64,000 bases of DNA, taken from contig JAXLNO010000600.1 in the NCBI GenBank assembly GCA_038087875.1, positions 248,001-312,000 of the forward strand, written 5' to 3'. Below the pieces are notes generated by a model that saw only the letters and a program-made list of their open reading frames with translations, was not told the origin of the DNA and ran no database searches. Shown in pieces: positions 11,338 through 25,320 of this stretch. Within the stretch, counting starts at the first letter, position 1, and every line of letters starts with the position of its first letter. Source of the DNA: Malacoraja senta (lineage: Eukaryota). A program made the position numbers and the translations under genes.

Positions 11338-13912
11338 ATTCAGCTACCTGGGAAAAACTGACCTACAGCATATCTATCCCCCTCATGACTTTATATACAG
11401 GTAGTTAAGTTAGCATTTCCAAAACACACTGGATATAACACGGTTGATGAATTAGGGATCCCTTTTTGAATAATACGAGCTGCATTGGTTACAATACAAT
11501 TTTATCACAAAGTAGAGAACCACTGAATTTGAAATTGACAAGCAGAAACGAAAGCAGTGTTGACAATACATAATAGGTGCAGGGGTAGGTCATTCGGCCC
11601 TTTGAGCCAGCACCGCCATTCAATGTGATCATGGCTGATCATCCCCAATCAGTACCCCGTTCCTGCCTTCTCCCCATATCCCCTGACTCCACTATCTTTA
11701 AGAGCCCAATCTAGCTCTCTTGAAAGTTGAGGAAACAGACTTTCCACCCTTACACTTGTGCAAGGATACTTGTACACAATGCAACATACAATCATCAGCA
11801 TTTTTAGCAGTATCAAAAATACACATGTAGCTATTAAACAGTCCTTTATTTTTAAAGTTTCTGTGCAAGAAATAACTGATACCACGAGAGCCCAAAACTC
11901 TCTACCCACATTAATGCAATTATGTTTAGTTTAGAGATGGTGTAGAAACAGGCCCTTTGGCCCACCGAGGCTGTGCCAACCAATCACCACCCATTCACTA
12001 GGTCAGTATGCCTTCCAGCTTAGAGAATGGAGCGGCTGGGCTTGTACACTCTGGAGTTTAGAAGGATGAGAGGGGATCTTATTGAAACATATAAAGTTAT
12101 TAAGGGTTTGGACACACCAGAGGTAGGAAACATGTTCCTGATGTTGGGAGAGTCCAGAACCAGGGGTCACAGTTAATAAGGGGTAAGCATTTAGAACGGA
12201 GACGAGGAAACAATTCTTCCACACAGAGAGTGGTGAGTCTGTGGAATTCTCTGCCTCAGAGGGCAGTGGAGGCCGGTTCTCTGGATACTTTCAAGAGAGT
12301 TAGATAGGGCTCTTGAAGATAGCGGAGTCAGGGGATATGGGGAGAAGGCAGGAACGGGGTACTGATTTTGGATGATCAGCCACGATCACATTGAATGGCG
12401 GTGCTGGCTCAAAGTGCCGAATGGCCTACTCCTGCACCTATTTTCTATGTTATTCCAGTTTCATATGGGGCAACTTACAGAAATCAATTAACCTACAAAC
12501 CTGCAAATTCTGGGCCACGCAATTAATTAAGTAATGCTGCCAATTGATCACCACGCTGCATCCAATATCATAGGACCACAAAAACAAAGTGCTGGAGTAA
12601 CTCAGCAGATCAAGCAGCATCTCATTAATGCATGGATAGGTGACGTTACCTACCCATGTCTTCCAGAGATGCTGCCTGACTCACTGAGTCAATCCAGCAC
12701 TTTTGTTTTGTAAACCAGCATCTGCAGTTCCAAATGTCTACATCCTAGGACCAAATGTAAATAATTGGTAGAATTACCAATTACCACTGCCAAGGTAAAG
12801 TGAATCAAGGTCATGGAAGTGATTTAAGAACTTTAAAATGTATAGCCTGTCATCTGAGAGCTTGCATTGGACAGGAGTGGTGGGATAAGTTTAATAGAAT
12901 AGAATAGAATACCATTTATTGTCATACAAACAGACATGGTTCGTACGTAAATTCGTAACACAATTTACATAAACATCCATCACAGTGAGTCTCCAAACAC
13001 CTCCTCACTGTGATGCAAGACAAAAGTATTGTCTCTCTTGTCTCTAGTCCTGTTCTTTATTCTTCTCCCGAGGCGACCGGGAGAAAAGCGGTCTCCACCA
13101 GGGACCTGCGAGCTCCTGATGTTACCGTTCACAGGGCCTGCAGCCGGAGCCTCCGAAGCTGGGTCGCAGCCGTGCGCCACCACAGCTCTCCACGCTCCGA
13201 AGTCGGCCAGCTCCGCGATGGCGAGTCCGCAGGCTCTGCAACTGGAGCCCCGGGTCGATTCGGGTTGGAGGCCGCCGCCGGCTGCACGATGTTAGGCCCA
13301 ACGACAATGGAGACCCGACAGGGAAAAGGTTGGGTCCCCGTACCGGGAAGAGAAGAAAAAGTTTTAAAAGTCCCCCCCCCCCCCCCCCCTCACATCTAAA
13401 AATAAAACCAAAAACATGCAACGGGTCAGAAAGAAAGAAAAGACGAACAGACTGCAGTCGAGCCGCTGCCACACCGAGCACTTTTGTTTTGTAACACATG
13501 GTGTTAAAGCAGAGTTCAGATGTGTCCAAGGTCAATATCAAGGAACAGGAAGAAGTCATGTTTTCAATTAAAGTGTTCAGATAAAGTATTCAATTCAAGG
13601 TTAAGTAATATTGGTTATATCTCATCACCGTCAGAAATACAATGTACCATATTGAAAATTCCTCATTCCTGGAAATAGTTTACATTTAAAATAATATTTT
13701 GATCAATAATGCAAATTAATAGCAAAATATTTTTATTGGCTGCCCTGTCACAATTAAGATTTAGAGTTAATTAAATAGTCATGTCGTAGCATCAAATAAA
13801 ATCTCCGTCTCAGAAATGGGACAGCAAATGGCTTGCAGAAAAAGGCATTGTCAAATATTCATTTCCTGTGCAAAATCATTAACAAGCACAAAGTATTAAG
13901 GGGTGCACTTGC

Positions 13913-13973
13913 CTTTCTTAAATCTTCATAATCTTTTTCTGCCTCCTTTCTTAGTTGAATTTCTTTTTCCAAT
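13913..13973 (-). CDS. Intermediate filament gene exon 2 (61 bp)
   Basis: tttgcag|ATTGGAAAAAGAAATT...TTAAGAAAG|gcaagt. Reads (R)LEKEIQLRKEAEKDYEDLRK in frame with exon 1. 61 bp is the vimentin/desmin exon-2 size. Uses a GC donor. Confidence 0.8.
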
Positions 13974-14481
13974 CTGCAAAAATAATAAAGTTACAAATGC
14001 AAAATACTGCAAGTGCGAGAAATCTGAAACGAAAACAGAAAAATTCTGAAAATACTCCTCAAGCTATTCAGCTCTGTGGAGAAAAAGTGTTTTTGCATAT
14101 CAATGGCTTTTCCCCATAATGTCACCAAACTGAAACATTAACTTAGTTTCTCTCGTCACCAATGCTACTTGACCTGCAAAGCATTGCCTGCTTTATGAAT
14201 GTGCTTGGCTACTCGTTATTTCAAATTACCAGTTACGTTTTATTTTGATTTTTCATATCAAATAATATTAAAGCAAAGATTTTGGGCCATGCAATTAATT
14301 AGGTAACACTGCCAATTGATCGTCGTGATCCATACAGTATTAAATACGACAGGACAGAGTCTGAAGAAGGGTCTCGACCCAAAAAGTCACCCATTCCTTC
14401 TCTCCAGGGATGCTGCCTGTCCCGCTGAGTTGTTCAAGCATTTTGTGTCTACCTGGGGGTTTTGATTATAGTACTTTCTAA

Positions 14482-15480
14482 ACATAGAAACATAGAAAAT
14501 AGGTGCAGGAGTAGGCCATTCGGCCCTTCGAGCCTGCACCGCCATTCAATATGATCATGGCTGATCATCCAACTCAGTATCCTGTACCTGCCTTCTCTCC
14601 ATACCCCCTGAACCCTTTAGCCACAAGGGCCACATCTAACTCCCTCTTAAATATAGCAATAAATAAAGAAAGACTCAGCAAAATAACTTATTCATATACT
14701 GCCTTCACTAAGTTTCCATTGTCCGAGCACTACGTTTACTATCTAAATGGCATCAAGTTGGGAAAAGGGGAAGTACAACGGGATCTGGGGGTCCTTGCAC
14801 ATCAGTTTATGAAAGTAAGCATGCAGGTACAGCAGGCAGTGAAGAAAGCGAATATAACAAGAGGAATCGAATATAGGTGCAAAGAGGTCCTTCTGCAGTT
14901 GTACAGAGCCCTAGTGAGACCACACCTGGAGTATTGTGTACGGTTTTGGTCCCCTAATTTGAGGAAGGACATTCTTGCTATTGAGGGAGTGCAGCGTAGG
15001 TTTACAAGGTTAATTCCCGGGATGGCGGGACTGTCATATGCTGAGAGAATGGAGCAGCTGGGCTTGTACACGCTGGAGTTTAGGATGAGAGGATATCGCA
15101 TTGAAACATATAAGATTGTTAAGGGTTTGGACACGCTAGAGGCAGGAAACATGTTCCCGATGTTGGGGGAGTCCAGAACCAGGGGCCACAGTTTAAGAAG
15201 GAGTAAGCCATTTAGAACGGAGACGAAGAAACACTTTTTCTCACAGAGAGTGTTGTCTGTGGAATTCTCTGCCTCAGAGGACGGTGGAGGAGGGTTCTCT
15301 GGATGCTTTCAAGAGAGAGCTAGATAGGACTCTTAAAAATAGCGGAGTCAGGGGATATGGGGAGAAGGCAGGAACGGGGTACTGATTGGGGATGATCAGC
15401 CATGATCACATTGAATGGCGGTGCTGGGTCGAAGGGCCGAATGGCCTACTCCTGCACCTATTGTGTATATTGTCTATTGT
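14482..15480. mobile_element. CR1 fragments (14482-14657 minus; 14735-15480 plus)
   Basis: ORF 14551-15327 carries the CR1 ORF2 C-terminus. Confidence 0.88.
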
Positions 15481-15497
15481 TTACCAAAGTGAAGATC

Positions 15498-16235
15498 ATA
15501 ATAATACTTTATTAGCCAAGTATGTTTTGCAACATACGAGGAATTTGAATTACCAATAAAAAGCAACAAGACACACAAAATACATTTTAACATGAACATC
15601 CATCACAGTGCCTCTTCCGTATTCCTCACTGTGATGGAAGGCGAAAAAGAAAGTTCAATCTCCTCCCTTCTTTGTTCTCCCGCGCTCGGGGGCCTCGAGC
15701 CTTCTGTTGACGGGACGATCTTGGCTCCCGTAGCCGGCGGTCGGGCCGTCGGGGCGATCAAGCTCCTGCATCGGGGAGGGGGGGGGGGGTGTCAGCTCCC
15801 CGCGCCGGGAGATCGGACCCCAGTTCGGGGCTAGTCGAACCTCTTGCGACTTTGGAGCTTCCCGACATCATTCGAGACTGCGAGCTCCTCGATGTTGAAA
15901 TCGCAGGCTGCAGTTGGAGCGTCGATCCCAGGCAAGGGATCGCAGGCTCCGATGGCAAGTCCACGGTCTCGCGGTGGGGCTCAAAGTCAGTCTCGAACAA
16001 GGCCTCCAGCTCCATGGTGTTAGGCCGCAGAGCGACCGGAAATACGATCCGGAAAACAATCGCATCTCCGGCAAAGCAAGAGATTGAAAGAAAGTTTCAC
16101 CCGACCCCCTCCCCCACATAAAACAAACCAGAGAACATTGACACATACTTTTTAAACACACTAAAAATAACAAAAAAGACGAAAAGACAGACAGACCGTT
16201 GGCGAGGCTGCCATCGCTGCCGGCGCCACCCGGTG
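15498..16235 (-). mobile_element. GC-rich non-autonomous retroelement (relatives at 12895-13475, 17330-17722, 43660-44497)
   Basis: Shared head (ggtggcgccg..ggcagcctcgcc..gtctgt) and shared tail (cacagtgaggaa...aataaa plus microsatellite), with no coding homology seen. Confidence 0.65.
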
Positions 16236-17727
16236 GATATTGGCTGTGATTAGTAATGTAGTGGCCATTTGGCCTGTTTTGCATGTCACTGATGATGGCA
16301 TGTGCCTTAAAATTTTAGACTGCCCGTTATATTGTGGGTGGGATTTATGAAGTGTTTTTGGGCGTGTTTGGAGCTTAGATGCTTGCGCAGAAGTTTAGTT
16401 TTTTGATTAGTTTGGAGAGACGATGGGGAAGTTTAACCCTTTGACCAGGCGGGCCACATGCCAGTGTTATGGAGACACGAGGAGTTTTCTAACGTCTAAA
16501 GTAATAAGCTGGAGTTCGATGAAGATTGTAGTAACGAGTCGGAAGAAATTTGGATGTATCTTACTGTTTTCTATCAACAATAAAGCATTTTGAAGCCATA
16601 TCTGCAAAGAAGATCTGAAGGTCTCACTCAGTGAGTGAGCTCGCATGCGTTTAGAAGACACCCCCTTCAACCATTCTCATCCATTTAGCGGCTAGTGCTA
16701 ATTACCTGAAAGATATGAAAATCTGCCTCTACAAGTAATACAAGAGCTTAGAAGGCATATTGAAATGCAAATAATCCTGGCATATCAACACACAGCTGCC
16801 ATTATTCAAAAGGGAATATAGCAGCATTGCAGACTTGATCTATTAATGTGGCGTTGTTAGTTCTATCTCCAGCCCAGAGTTTCAACTGATTACAATGCAC
16901 ATGGTTCTGAAGTGTAACTTTACCAGGGCCATGCACCACTTTGTGTGTACGTGCTACTGCTTCTGGCATGCTCCTCTTCAATGAGGAATGAAGCCAGGGC
17001 GATGTCCTGGTTTAATGATCGAGGTGGAGTGAGGGCCATGACAAAGGACTCTAAGCATCTTATGGAGACACAAGGAACTGCACGAGTGGCAGATGCTAAT
17101 GTGCCTCACTCTGGTAATGGTGGAGGCCCAGGACAGAAAGGCTGTATTGGAATGGGAAGGAGAGTCAAGTACTGAAATGTTCAATTTATTCTGAATTTAA
17201 TTGATTGACTGTGGTGGGGTGCCGCTAACATATGGAAGGTATTCTTAGGATGAAGATGAGATTATATCTGCAAGGACTACACTCCTACTACTGAGATTAT
17301 GAAAGATGCGTATCGATGCATAAAGATGGCTAGTCGGGAGCTCCAACGATGCAGAGGCTTGACCAGCCCCGACGATAGACGATCGCCGGCGCGGGGGAGC
17401 CGACATCCCCCCCGATGCAGGAGCAGATCGCCCTGATGCGGAGTGCCAAAACGCTGACGGCTACGGGAGTCAAGATCGTCCCGTCAATGGAGGGCTCGAG
17501 GCCCCTGACCGCGGGAGTGCAAAGATGAGAAGAGATTGAACTTTTTTTCACCTTCCATCACAGTGAGGAATGTGGAGGAGTCACTGTGGTGGATATTTAT
17601 GTTAAAATGTGTTTTGTGTGTTCCGTTGCTTATTATTTGTATGATTGACTTGGCAAATGAAATTCCTCGTATGTTGCAAAACATACTTGGCTAATAAAGT
17701 ATTATTGTGATTGTGATTGTAATAGTA

Positions 17728-19036
17728 GGGATCATGGAGTCAATTATAAAAGACAAAATGGCGGCACATTTGGATAGCAGTAACAGGATCGGTCCGAGTC
17801 AGCATGGATTTACGAAGGGGAAATCATGCTTGACTAATTTTCTGGAATTTTTTGAGGATGTAACTAGGAAAATGGACAAGGGAGAGCCAGTGGATGTAGT
17901 GTACCTGGACTTTCAGAAAGCATTTGATAAGGTCCCACATAGGAGATTAGTGGGCAAGATTAGGGCACATGGTATTGGGGGTAGAGTGCTGACATGGATA
18001 GAGAAGTGGTTGGCAGACAGGAAACAAAGAGTAGGGATTAACGGGTCCCTTTCAGAATGGCAGGCAGTGACTAGTGGGGTACCGCAAGACTCGGTGCTGG
18101 GAGCGCAGCTATTTACAATATACATCAACGATTTAGATGAAGGGATTCAAAGTAACATTAGCAAATTTGCAGATGACACAAAGCTGGGTAGCAGTGTGAA
18201 CTACGAGGAGGATGCTATGAGAATGCAGGGTGAATTTGACAGGTTGGGTGAGTGGGCAGATGCATGGGATATGCAGTTTAATGTGGATAAATGCGAGGTT
18301 ATCCACATTGGTAGCAAAAACAGGAAGGTAGATTATCTAAATGGTGTCAAGTTGGGAAAAGGGGAAGTACAACGGGATCTGGGGGGGGTCTTTGTTCATC
18401 AGTCAATGAAAGTAAGCATGCAGGTACAGCAGGCAGTGAATAAAGCGAATGGCATGTTGGCCTTCATAACAAGAGGAATTGAGCAAAGAGGTCCTTCTGC
18501 AGTTGTATAGGGCCCTAGTGAGACCACACCTGGAGTATAGTGTGCAGTTTTGGTCCCCTAATTTGAAGAAGGACATTCTTGCTATTGAGGGAGTGCAACG
18601 CAGGTTTATAAGGTTAATTCCCTGGATGGCGGGACTGTCATATGCTGAGAGAATGGAGCGGCTGGGCTTGTATACTCTGGAGTTTAGAACATATAAGATT
18701 ATTAAGGGTTTGGACACGCTAGAGGCAGGAAACATGTTCCTGATGTTGGGGAAGCCCAGACCAGGGGCCATAGTTTAAAAATAAGGGGCAAGCCATTTAG
18801 AACGGAAATGAGGAAAACACTTTTTCACAGAGAGTTGTGTGTCTGTGAAATTCGCTGGCTCAGAGGGCAGTTCTCTGGATACTTTCAAGAGAGCTAGATA
18901 GGGCTCTTAAAGATAGCGGAGTCAGGGGATATGGGGAGAAGGCTGGAACAGGGTACTGATTGGGGATGATCAGCCATGATCACATTGAATGGCGGTGCTG
19001 GCTCGAATGGCCTACTCCTGCACCTATTGTCTATTG
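17728..19036 (+). mobile_element. CR1 LINE RT region and 3' end
   Basis: SQHGFTKGKSCLTN, YLDFQKAFDKVPH, KFADDTKL. Confidence 0.92.
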
Positions 19037-19328
19037 ATAAACCTTTCGCTCATGTTGATTTTGGCACCAGCTATCCAAATGCAGCGTGTCACAATGGATG
19101 TGGACTCAGCCAATCGGTGGTCACTGATAGTGCTAGTGATGGAAAATGAAATCTCCCATCCAATTTATTTGTTATCATTGCTTATCTCAGTGCAAATGTT
19201 TGCAGTTGCTAAAAATGCAAAACAAAAATAGAGAACGCAGAAACACTCGTAGGTTAAGGATTAGGAGAGACACAGAATCGACATTTCAATTCAAGCACCC
19301 TTCAAAAGTATTGGAGAAGTGAGAAAAG

Positions 19329-20243
19329 GACGGTGCAGCGGTAGAGTTGCTGCCTTACAGCACCAGAGACCCAGGCTCAATCCTTAATATGGATGCTGTT
19401 TGAACAGAGTTTGTAGGTTTCCTGTGACCTTTATAACAAGAGGCGTCGAGTATAGGAGCAAATAGGTCCTTCTGCAGTTGTACAGAGCCCTAGTGATACC
19501 ACACCTGGAGTATTGTGTGCAGTTTTGGTCCCCTAATTTGAGGAAGGACATTCTTGCTATTGAGGGAGTGCAGCGTAGGTTACAAGGTTAATTCCCGGGA
19601 TGGCGGGACTGTCATATGCTGAGAGAATGGAGCGGCTGGGCTTGTACACTCTGGAGTTTAGAAGGATGAGATGGGATCTTATTGAAACGTTTAAGATTGT
19701 TAAGGGTTTGGACACGCTAGAGGCAGGAAACATGTTCCCGATGTTGGGGGAGTCCAGAACCAGGGGCCATAGTTTAAGAATAAGGGGTAAGCCATTTAGA
19801 ACAGAGATAAGGAAACACTTTTTCTCAGAGATTTGTGAGTGTGTGGAATTCTCTGCCTCAGAGGGCGGTGGAGGCAGATTCTCTGGATGCTTTCAAGAGA
19901 GCTGGATAGGGGTCTTAAAGATAGCGGAGTCATGGGATATGGGGAAATGGCAGGAACGGTGTACTGATTGTGGATGATCAGCCATGATCACATTGAATGG
20001 CGGTGCTGGCTAGAAGGGCCGAATGGACTACTCCTGCACCTATTGTCTATTGACCGCATGGGTTTTCTCCGGGCGCTCTGGTTTCCTCCCATATTCCGAA
20101 GATGTACAGGTTTGTAAGTTAATTAGCTTTTGTAAATTGTCCCTAGTGTGTAGGATAGTGCTAGTGTACGGGGATCACTGGTCGGCGCAGTCTCGGTGGG
20201 CCAAAGCGCTTGTTTCCGCACTGTGTCTCTCAACTAAACTAAG
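19329..20243 (+). mobile_element. V-SINE (HE1-like) split by a CR1 insertion (19430-20050)
   Basis: tRNA-like head at 19329-19429, SINE resumes at 20051, tgacc duplicated at both junctions. Confidence 0.78.
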
Positions 20244-20660
20244 CTCAAGACCCTTCTTAAAGTGGTGAACAGCTTGACAGAGTTACATTAGCCAAGTATG
20301 TTGCAAGGCATGGAAACTGGTCCCTCTGCTCAACCTGCCCACACCGACCAAGATGCTCCATTTATACCAGTCCCACATTTGACCCATATACCCATCAACC
20401 TTTCTTATCCATGTACCTGTCCTAATATGTGGAGGAAAGAACTGCAGATGCTCAACATCCTCGTAAATCTTCTCTACGTCCTTTCTACCTAAATGGCATC
20501 CTTCCTATAGCAGGGAAATCAAATCTGAGCACAATACTCCAAATGTGGTCTCACCATCATCTTGTACAACTGTAGCATATCATCCCAACTTGCATACTCA
20601 ATTCCCTGGCTGATAAAGGCCAATGTGCCAAATGTCTTCTTGACCATTGTTATCCATCTT

Positions 20661-20889
20661 GGACAGCCATGTGGAGATGGGGGCTCTGCCAGAGCCCAGC
20701 CTGTGAATGCAGTGCAGAACAGCAGACAGCCAACCATGTCATCGCTGGGTGCCCGCTCTACCACCCAACAAATGGAGCTCAGGGCTTGCGAGACATTGAC
20801 GTCAACAGAGACAACAACCTGGCTGCTCAACACCCGGCTTGAGATCCAACTATTCCTTTGGTTTATGTTTCATTCGCAAGAAGAAGAAG
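20661..20889 (+). mobile_element. Vingi/Ingi-like LINE 3' fragment
   Basis: Same family as 2521-2842. Tail cgcaagaagaagaag, direct repeat atccatctt at 20652-20660 and 20890-20898. Confidence 0.65.
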
Positions 20890-21449
20890 ATCCATCTTTG
20901 ATGCCACTTTCAGGGAATGATGTACCTGCATGTCTAGATCCCTCTGATCTCCCCTCGGAGTTTTCTCCCCTGTACAAAAGGCTTAAAAAGTTGGATATAT
21001 CCAGGACGTTTCCTCTGACCGATGAGTGCAGAACCAAAGGTCAATTTCAGAATAAGGGGTAGTCTTTTTAAGACTGAGGAGAAATTTGTTCACTCAAGAG
21101 ACCAATGAATCTATGAAATTCTCTCCCCAAGGGCTGTGGAAACTCAGTCATTGTGTGTATTCAAAGCTAATATTGATACACGTCAGGGTATTACGGGAAT
21201 CAAGGGGTATGGGAATGGTGCAGGAAAATGGTGCCAAGTTAAAGGGTTAGTCATAATCTAGATGGAGGGTGGAGCTGGCTCGAAGGCTCACTCCTACGTT
21301 ATGTGGAAAGCCTAGCATTTATTATCCATCTGCAATTGCCACTTCAGCCAAATGCTTTGACAGATGTCAGTGTGCCATCACTGAGCATCCCACTAACCAG
21401 GAGCAATGAGTGGGAGTGGATGGGTTAGATGTGGATTAGAAACTCAATT

Positions 21450-23600
21450 GGATTTTAGAAGGATGAGAGGGTATCTTATTGAAACATATAAGATTATTAA
21501 GGGTTTGGACACACTAGATAGAGGCAGGAAACATGTTCTCGATGTTGGGGGACTCCAGAACCAGGGGCCACAGTTTAAGAATAAGGGGTAAGCCATTTAG
21601 AACGGAGACAAGGAAACACTTTTTCACCCAGACTGTGAGACTGTGGAATTCTCTGCCTCAGAGGGCGGTGGAGGCGTTCTCTGGATACTTTCAAGAGAGA
21701 GCTAGACAGGGCTCTTAAAGATAGCGGAGTCAGGAAATATGGGGAGAAGGCAGGAACAGGGTACTGATTGTGGATGATCAGCCATGATCAGTGAATGGCG
21801 GTGCTGGCTCGAAGGGCCGAATGGCCTACTCCAGCACGTATTGTCAATCGTCTAATTGTCAATTGTGTTTGATCTTGGGCTCAGTGATCAAGGATTGAAC
21901 TGAGTAGATTAGATATGTGGTCAATGTTTGAGGTGGGAGTCGGGTCAGTAGTTAATAGAAAGTTATACAGCGTGAAAACAGGCCCTTCAACTCATTCATG
22001 CCAACCAAGATGCTGGTCCCATACCTGTCCAAACATTTCCTGTCCAAAGTCTTTTAAATGCTGTAGTTGTTACTGCCTCAACTCATTCCATATACCCACT
22101 ACCCTCTGAGTGAAAAAGTTCCTCAGGTTCCCATTAAATCTTTCCCCTCACACTTTAAACAATGTCCTCTGGTTCTTGGCTCCCCTATCCCAGGAATAAG
22201 ACTGCATTCAACCCATCTATTCCCCTCACGAACACCTCGATACGATCACCCTTCATCCTACTGCACTCCAAGGAGGAAAGTCCTTGCCTAATCTCTCCCT
22301 ATAGCTCAAGCCCTCATGCCCTGGCAATAACCTAGCATGTCTTCACTGCAGTATATTAGGGTGACCAACACCAAATATATTACTCTCAAAGCAGTCTCGC
22401 CAACAGTAGACAATAGGTGCAGGAGTAGGCCATTTGGCCCTTCGAGCCAGCACACCATTCAATGTGATCATTGCTGATCATCCATAATCAGTATTCTCCC
22501 CATATCCCCCTGAGACCGCTATCTTTAAGAGCCCTATCTAGCTCTCTCTTGAAAGTATCCAGAGAACCGGCCTCCACCGCCCTCTGAGGCAGAGAATTCC
22601 ACAGACTCACAACTCTCTGGGTGAAAATGTGTTTCCTCGTCTCCGTTCTAAATGGCTTATCCCTTATTCTTAAACTGTGGCCCCTGGTGCTGGACTCCCC
22701 CAACATCAGGAACACGTTTCCTGCCTCTAGCATGTCCAAACCCTTAATAATCTTATATGCTTCAATAAGATACCCTCTCATCCTTCTAAACTCCAGAGTA
22801 TACAAGCCCAGCTGCTCCATTCTCTCAGCATATGACAGTCCCGCCATCCCGGGAATTAAACCTACGCCTCACTCCCTCAATAGCAAGAATGTCCTTCCTC
22901 AAATCAGGGGACCAAAACTGCATACAATACTCCAGGTGTGGTCTCACTGGGGCCCTATACAACTGTAGAAGGACCTCTTTGATCCTATACTCAACTCCTC
23001 TTGTTAACAAGTCTGAAAAAGGTTCCTGAACCAAAACATAACCTCTCCCCATGTGCTCCAGAATTACTGCCCGACTCGCTGAGTTATTCCAGCATTTTAT
23101 ATAGGTTTTGTAAACCAGCATCTTCAGTTCATTGTATTCACCAACATCAAGGTTAATTCCCGGGATGGCGGGACTGTCATATGCTGAGAGAATGGTGCAG
23201 CTGGGCTTGTACACTCTAGAGCTTAGAAGGATGAGAGGCTATCTCATTGAAACATATAAGATGGTTAAGTGTTTGGACACACTAGAGGCAGGAAACATGT
23301 TCCCAATGTTGGGGAATCTAGAACAGTTTAAGAATAAGGAGTAAGCCATTTAGAATGGAGACGAGGAAACAGTTTTTCTCACAGAGAGTGGCGAGTCTGT
23401 GGAATTCTCTGCCTCAGAGGGCAGTGGAGGCAGGTTCTCTGGATGCTTTCAAGAGAGAGCTAGATAGGGGTCTTAAAAATAGCAGAGTCAGGGGATATGG
23501 GGAGAAGGCAGGAACGGGGTGCTGATTGGGGATGATCAGCCATGATCACATTGAATGGCAGTGCCGGCTCAAAGGGCCTACTCCTGCACCTATTGTCTAT
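21450..23600. mobile_element. CR1 fragments (21450-21865 plus; 22407-23005 minus; 23147-23600 plus)
   Basis: CR1 ORF2 C-terminal motifs and 3' tails. Confidence 0.85.
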
Positions 23601-24179
23601 TATCTTGTACAACTGTGACACAACATTTAAACTTCTATACTCAATAGTCTAATGAAGGCCAGCATGCAAAAAGCGTAAGTGTAGTGTAGTGTAAAGATAT
23701 AGCGTGGAAACAGGCCCTTCTGCCCATCGTGTCTACACTAACCAACAATTACCCGTACACTTGTTCAATCCTAGATCCTAGGGACAATTTACAGAAGCCA
23801 ATTAACCTACAAACCATCACATCTTCGGGATGTGGGAGGAAACCAGAGCACCCAGTGAAAACCCACCATCACAGGGAGAAGATGCAAACTTTGTACAAAC
23901 ATTACCCGTAGTCAGGATCAAACCAGGGTCTCTGGCACTGTGAGGCAGCTCTACCAGTGCACAATTCTGTTGCCCCACTTCTTCACCACGCTATCTACCT
24001 GCAACAGCACTTTCAGTGAACCAAGTGCCTGTAAACCCAGATCCCCTTGCTCTACAACACACTACGCGATCTTGCCATTCACTGCCAATGTTCTGCCTTA
24101 ATGAAGTCTGATGAAGGGGTAGCTAGGGAAGGGAGTGCGAGGAGAGGTCAAGAGGGTCGGCTGTGCCTTGACCCAAACC

Positions 24180-25320
24180 TAACCTCTTCTTGTACTTCTC
24201 CTTGTCCGCCTTGAGGCAGTTGAGCTCCTTCTGCTGCTCCTCCAGCCGGCACTTGATGTCGTTCCTGGCCTTCTGGAAGATGGCCTCGGAGCGGGTCGTC
24301 TCGTCTTTCTCGGCGTTCTTCAGCTCGGCCAGCAGCTCTTTGTTGCGGCGCATGAGGCTGAGGATGGTGTTGTTGATGTACTTGGCGAAGCGGTCGTTGA
24401 GGTCCTTGAAGCGCTCCTTGCCTTCCTCCAGGCCATCGTGCAGCTCCTTCTCCACCTGCTCGCCCGACTTGTCGGGGTAACTGGCGACCGGCCGCTGCTG
24501 GCAGCTGGAGTGCATGGTCGCGGCAGGCGTCGCCCTTTCCTCCGCGGGGAGGGGACGATTCTGCTTCTCGGCTCGAGTGCCTGTGGTCGAGGGAGGGGGA
24601 AGCGGCCTGCAGACCAAACCCTGGCCCGCTCGGGTGGGGAAGGGAGGTGAATAATCAAAGCAAAAACGCGCACTGCCTCTTGCTGTCCTCACGCCGGGCG
24701 CCCTCTAGACGCCGTCTGTTTACTTTCGTCGGTCAGCGGCGGTTTAAACCCCGCCTCGCTCTCGCCCCTCCCCCCCCTCCACTCCCCTCCCCCCTCCCCG
24801 TCTGCGTCATGCGCCCCGCCCCTATCCCTCCCCCACCCGCCCCGGCGGACAATCAGCCGAGGGAGGGGGAGGGGTGGGGGGTTCAACGACAAACAATCGA
24901 CCCACGTGCTCCCAACCGACGGCCCCGCCCCCTGTGCCCTCCCACGCGCGTGCGCACTCTGGGGCCCGGCCCCCGCCGAACCTCTCCCGCGCAGCGGCCA
25001 ACCGCTCTCTCCCTCCCCGCGCAAGCGCACTACCCCCCCACCACCACCACGAAGAGCAGCAGCACCATCCCGCGAGCACGCGCACTACCCACCCTCATCA
25101 TCATCAGCCTCAGCAGCACCAGCACGCGCTTCTCGTGACCGTGCATGTACGCTCCCGCTGGCATTAGCGCGCTTTATGTCCTCCGGACTTCCGCCAACCC
25201 GCCCGCCCGCCGCGCTTTCGACGGCAGCGGGTCGTCGTCGTCGTCGTCTTCGGTGCGGGATGGGCTCGGGAACGGGAATTCTTGCTGGGATTAATGCAGA
25301 AGCGGTGCGTCAGTTCGAAA
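24180..25320. promoter_or_regulatory. CpG island and probable promoter of the intermediate filament gene
   Basis: Very GC- and CpG-rich against an AT-rich background. Contains GC boxes (ccccgccc) and overlaps exon 1. Confidence 0.75.
24184..24515 (-). CDS. Divergent type III-like intermediate filament gene, coding exon 1 (short head, coil 1A, start of coil 1B)
   Basis: ATG at 24515 in a good Kozak context (gccgcgaccATG). Encodes KERFKDLNDRFAKYI...NKELLAEL, the IF coil-1A signature. Ends AAG AG|gttagg (phase 2). Lies in a CpG island. Confidence 0.85.

Noticed and set aside
24516..24692. Upstream extension of the IF ORF in the ORF track
   Set aside because: It starts at a non-ATG codon, while the ATG at 24515 has a strong Kozak context. 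A longer head cannot be fully excluded.
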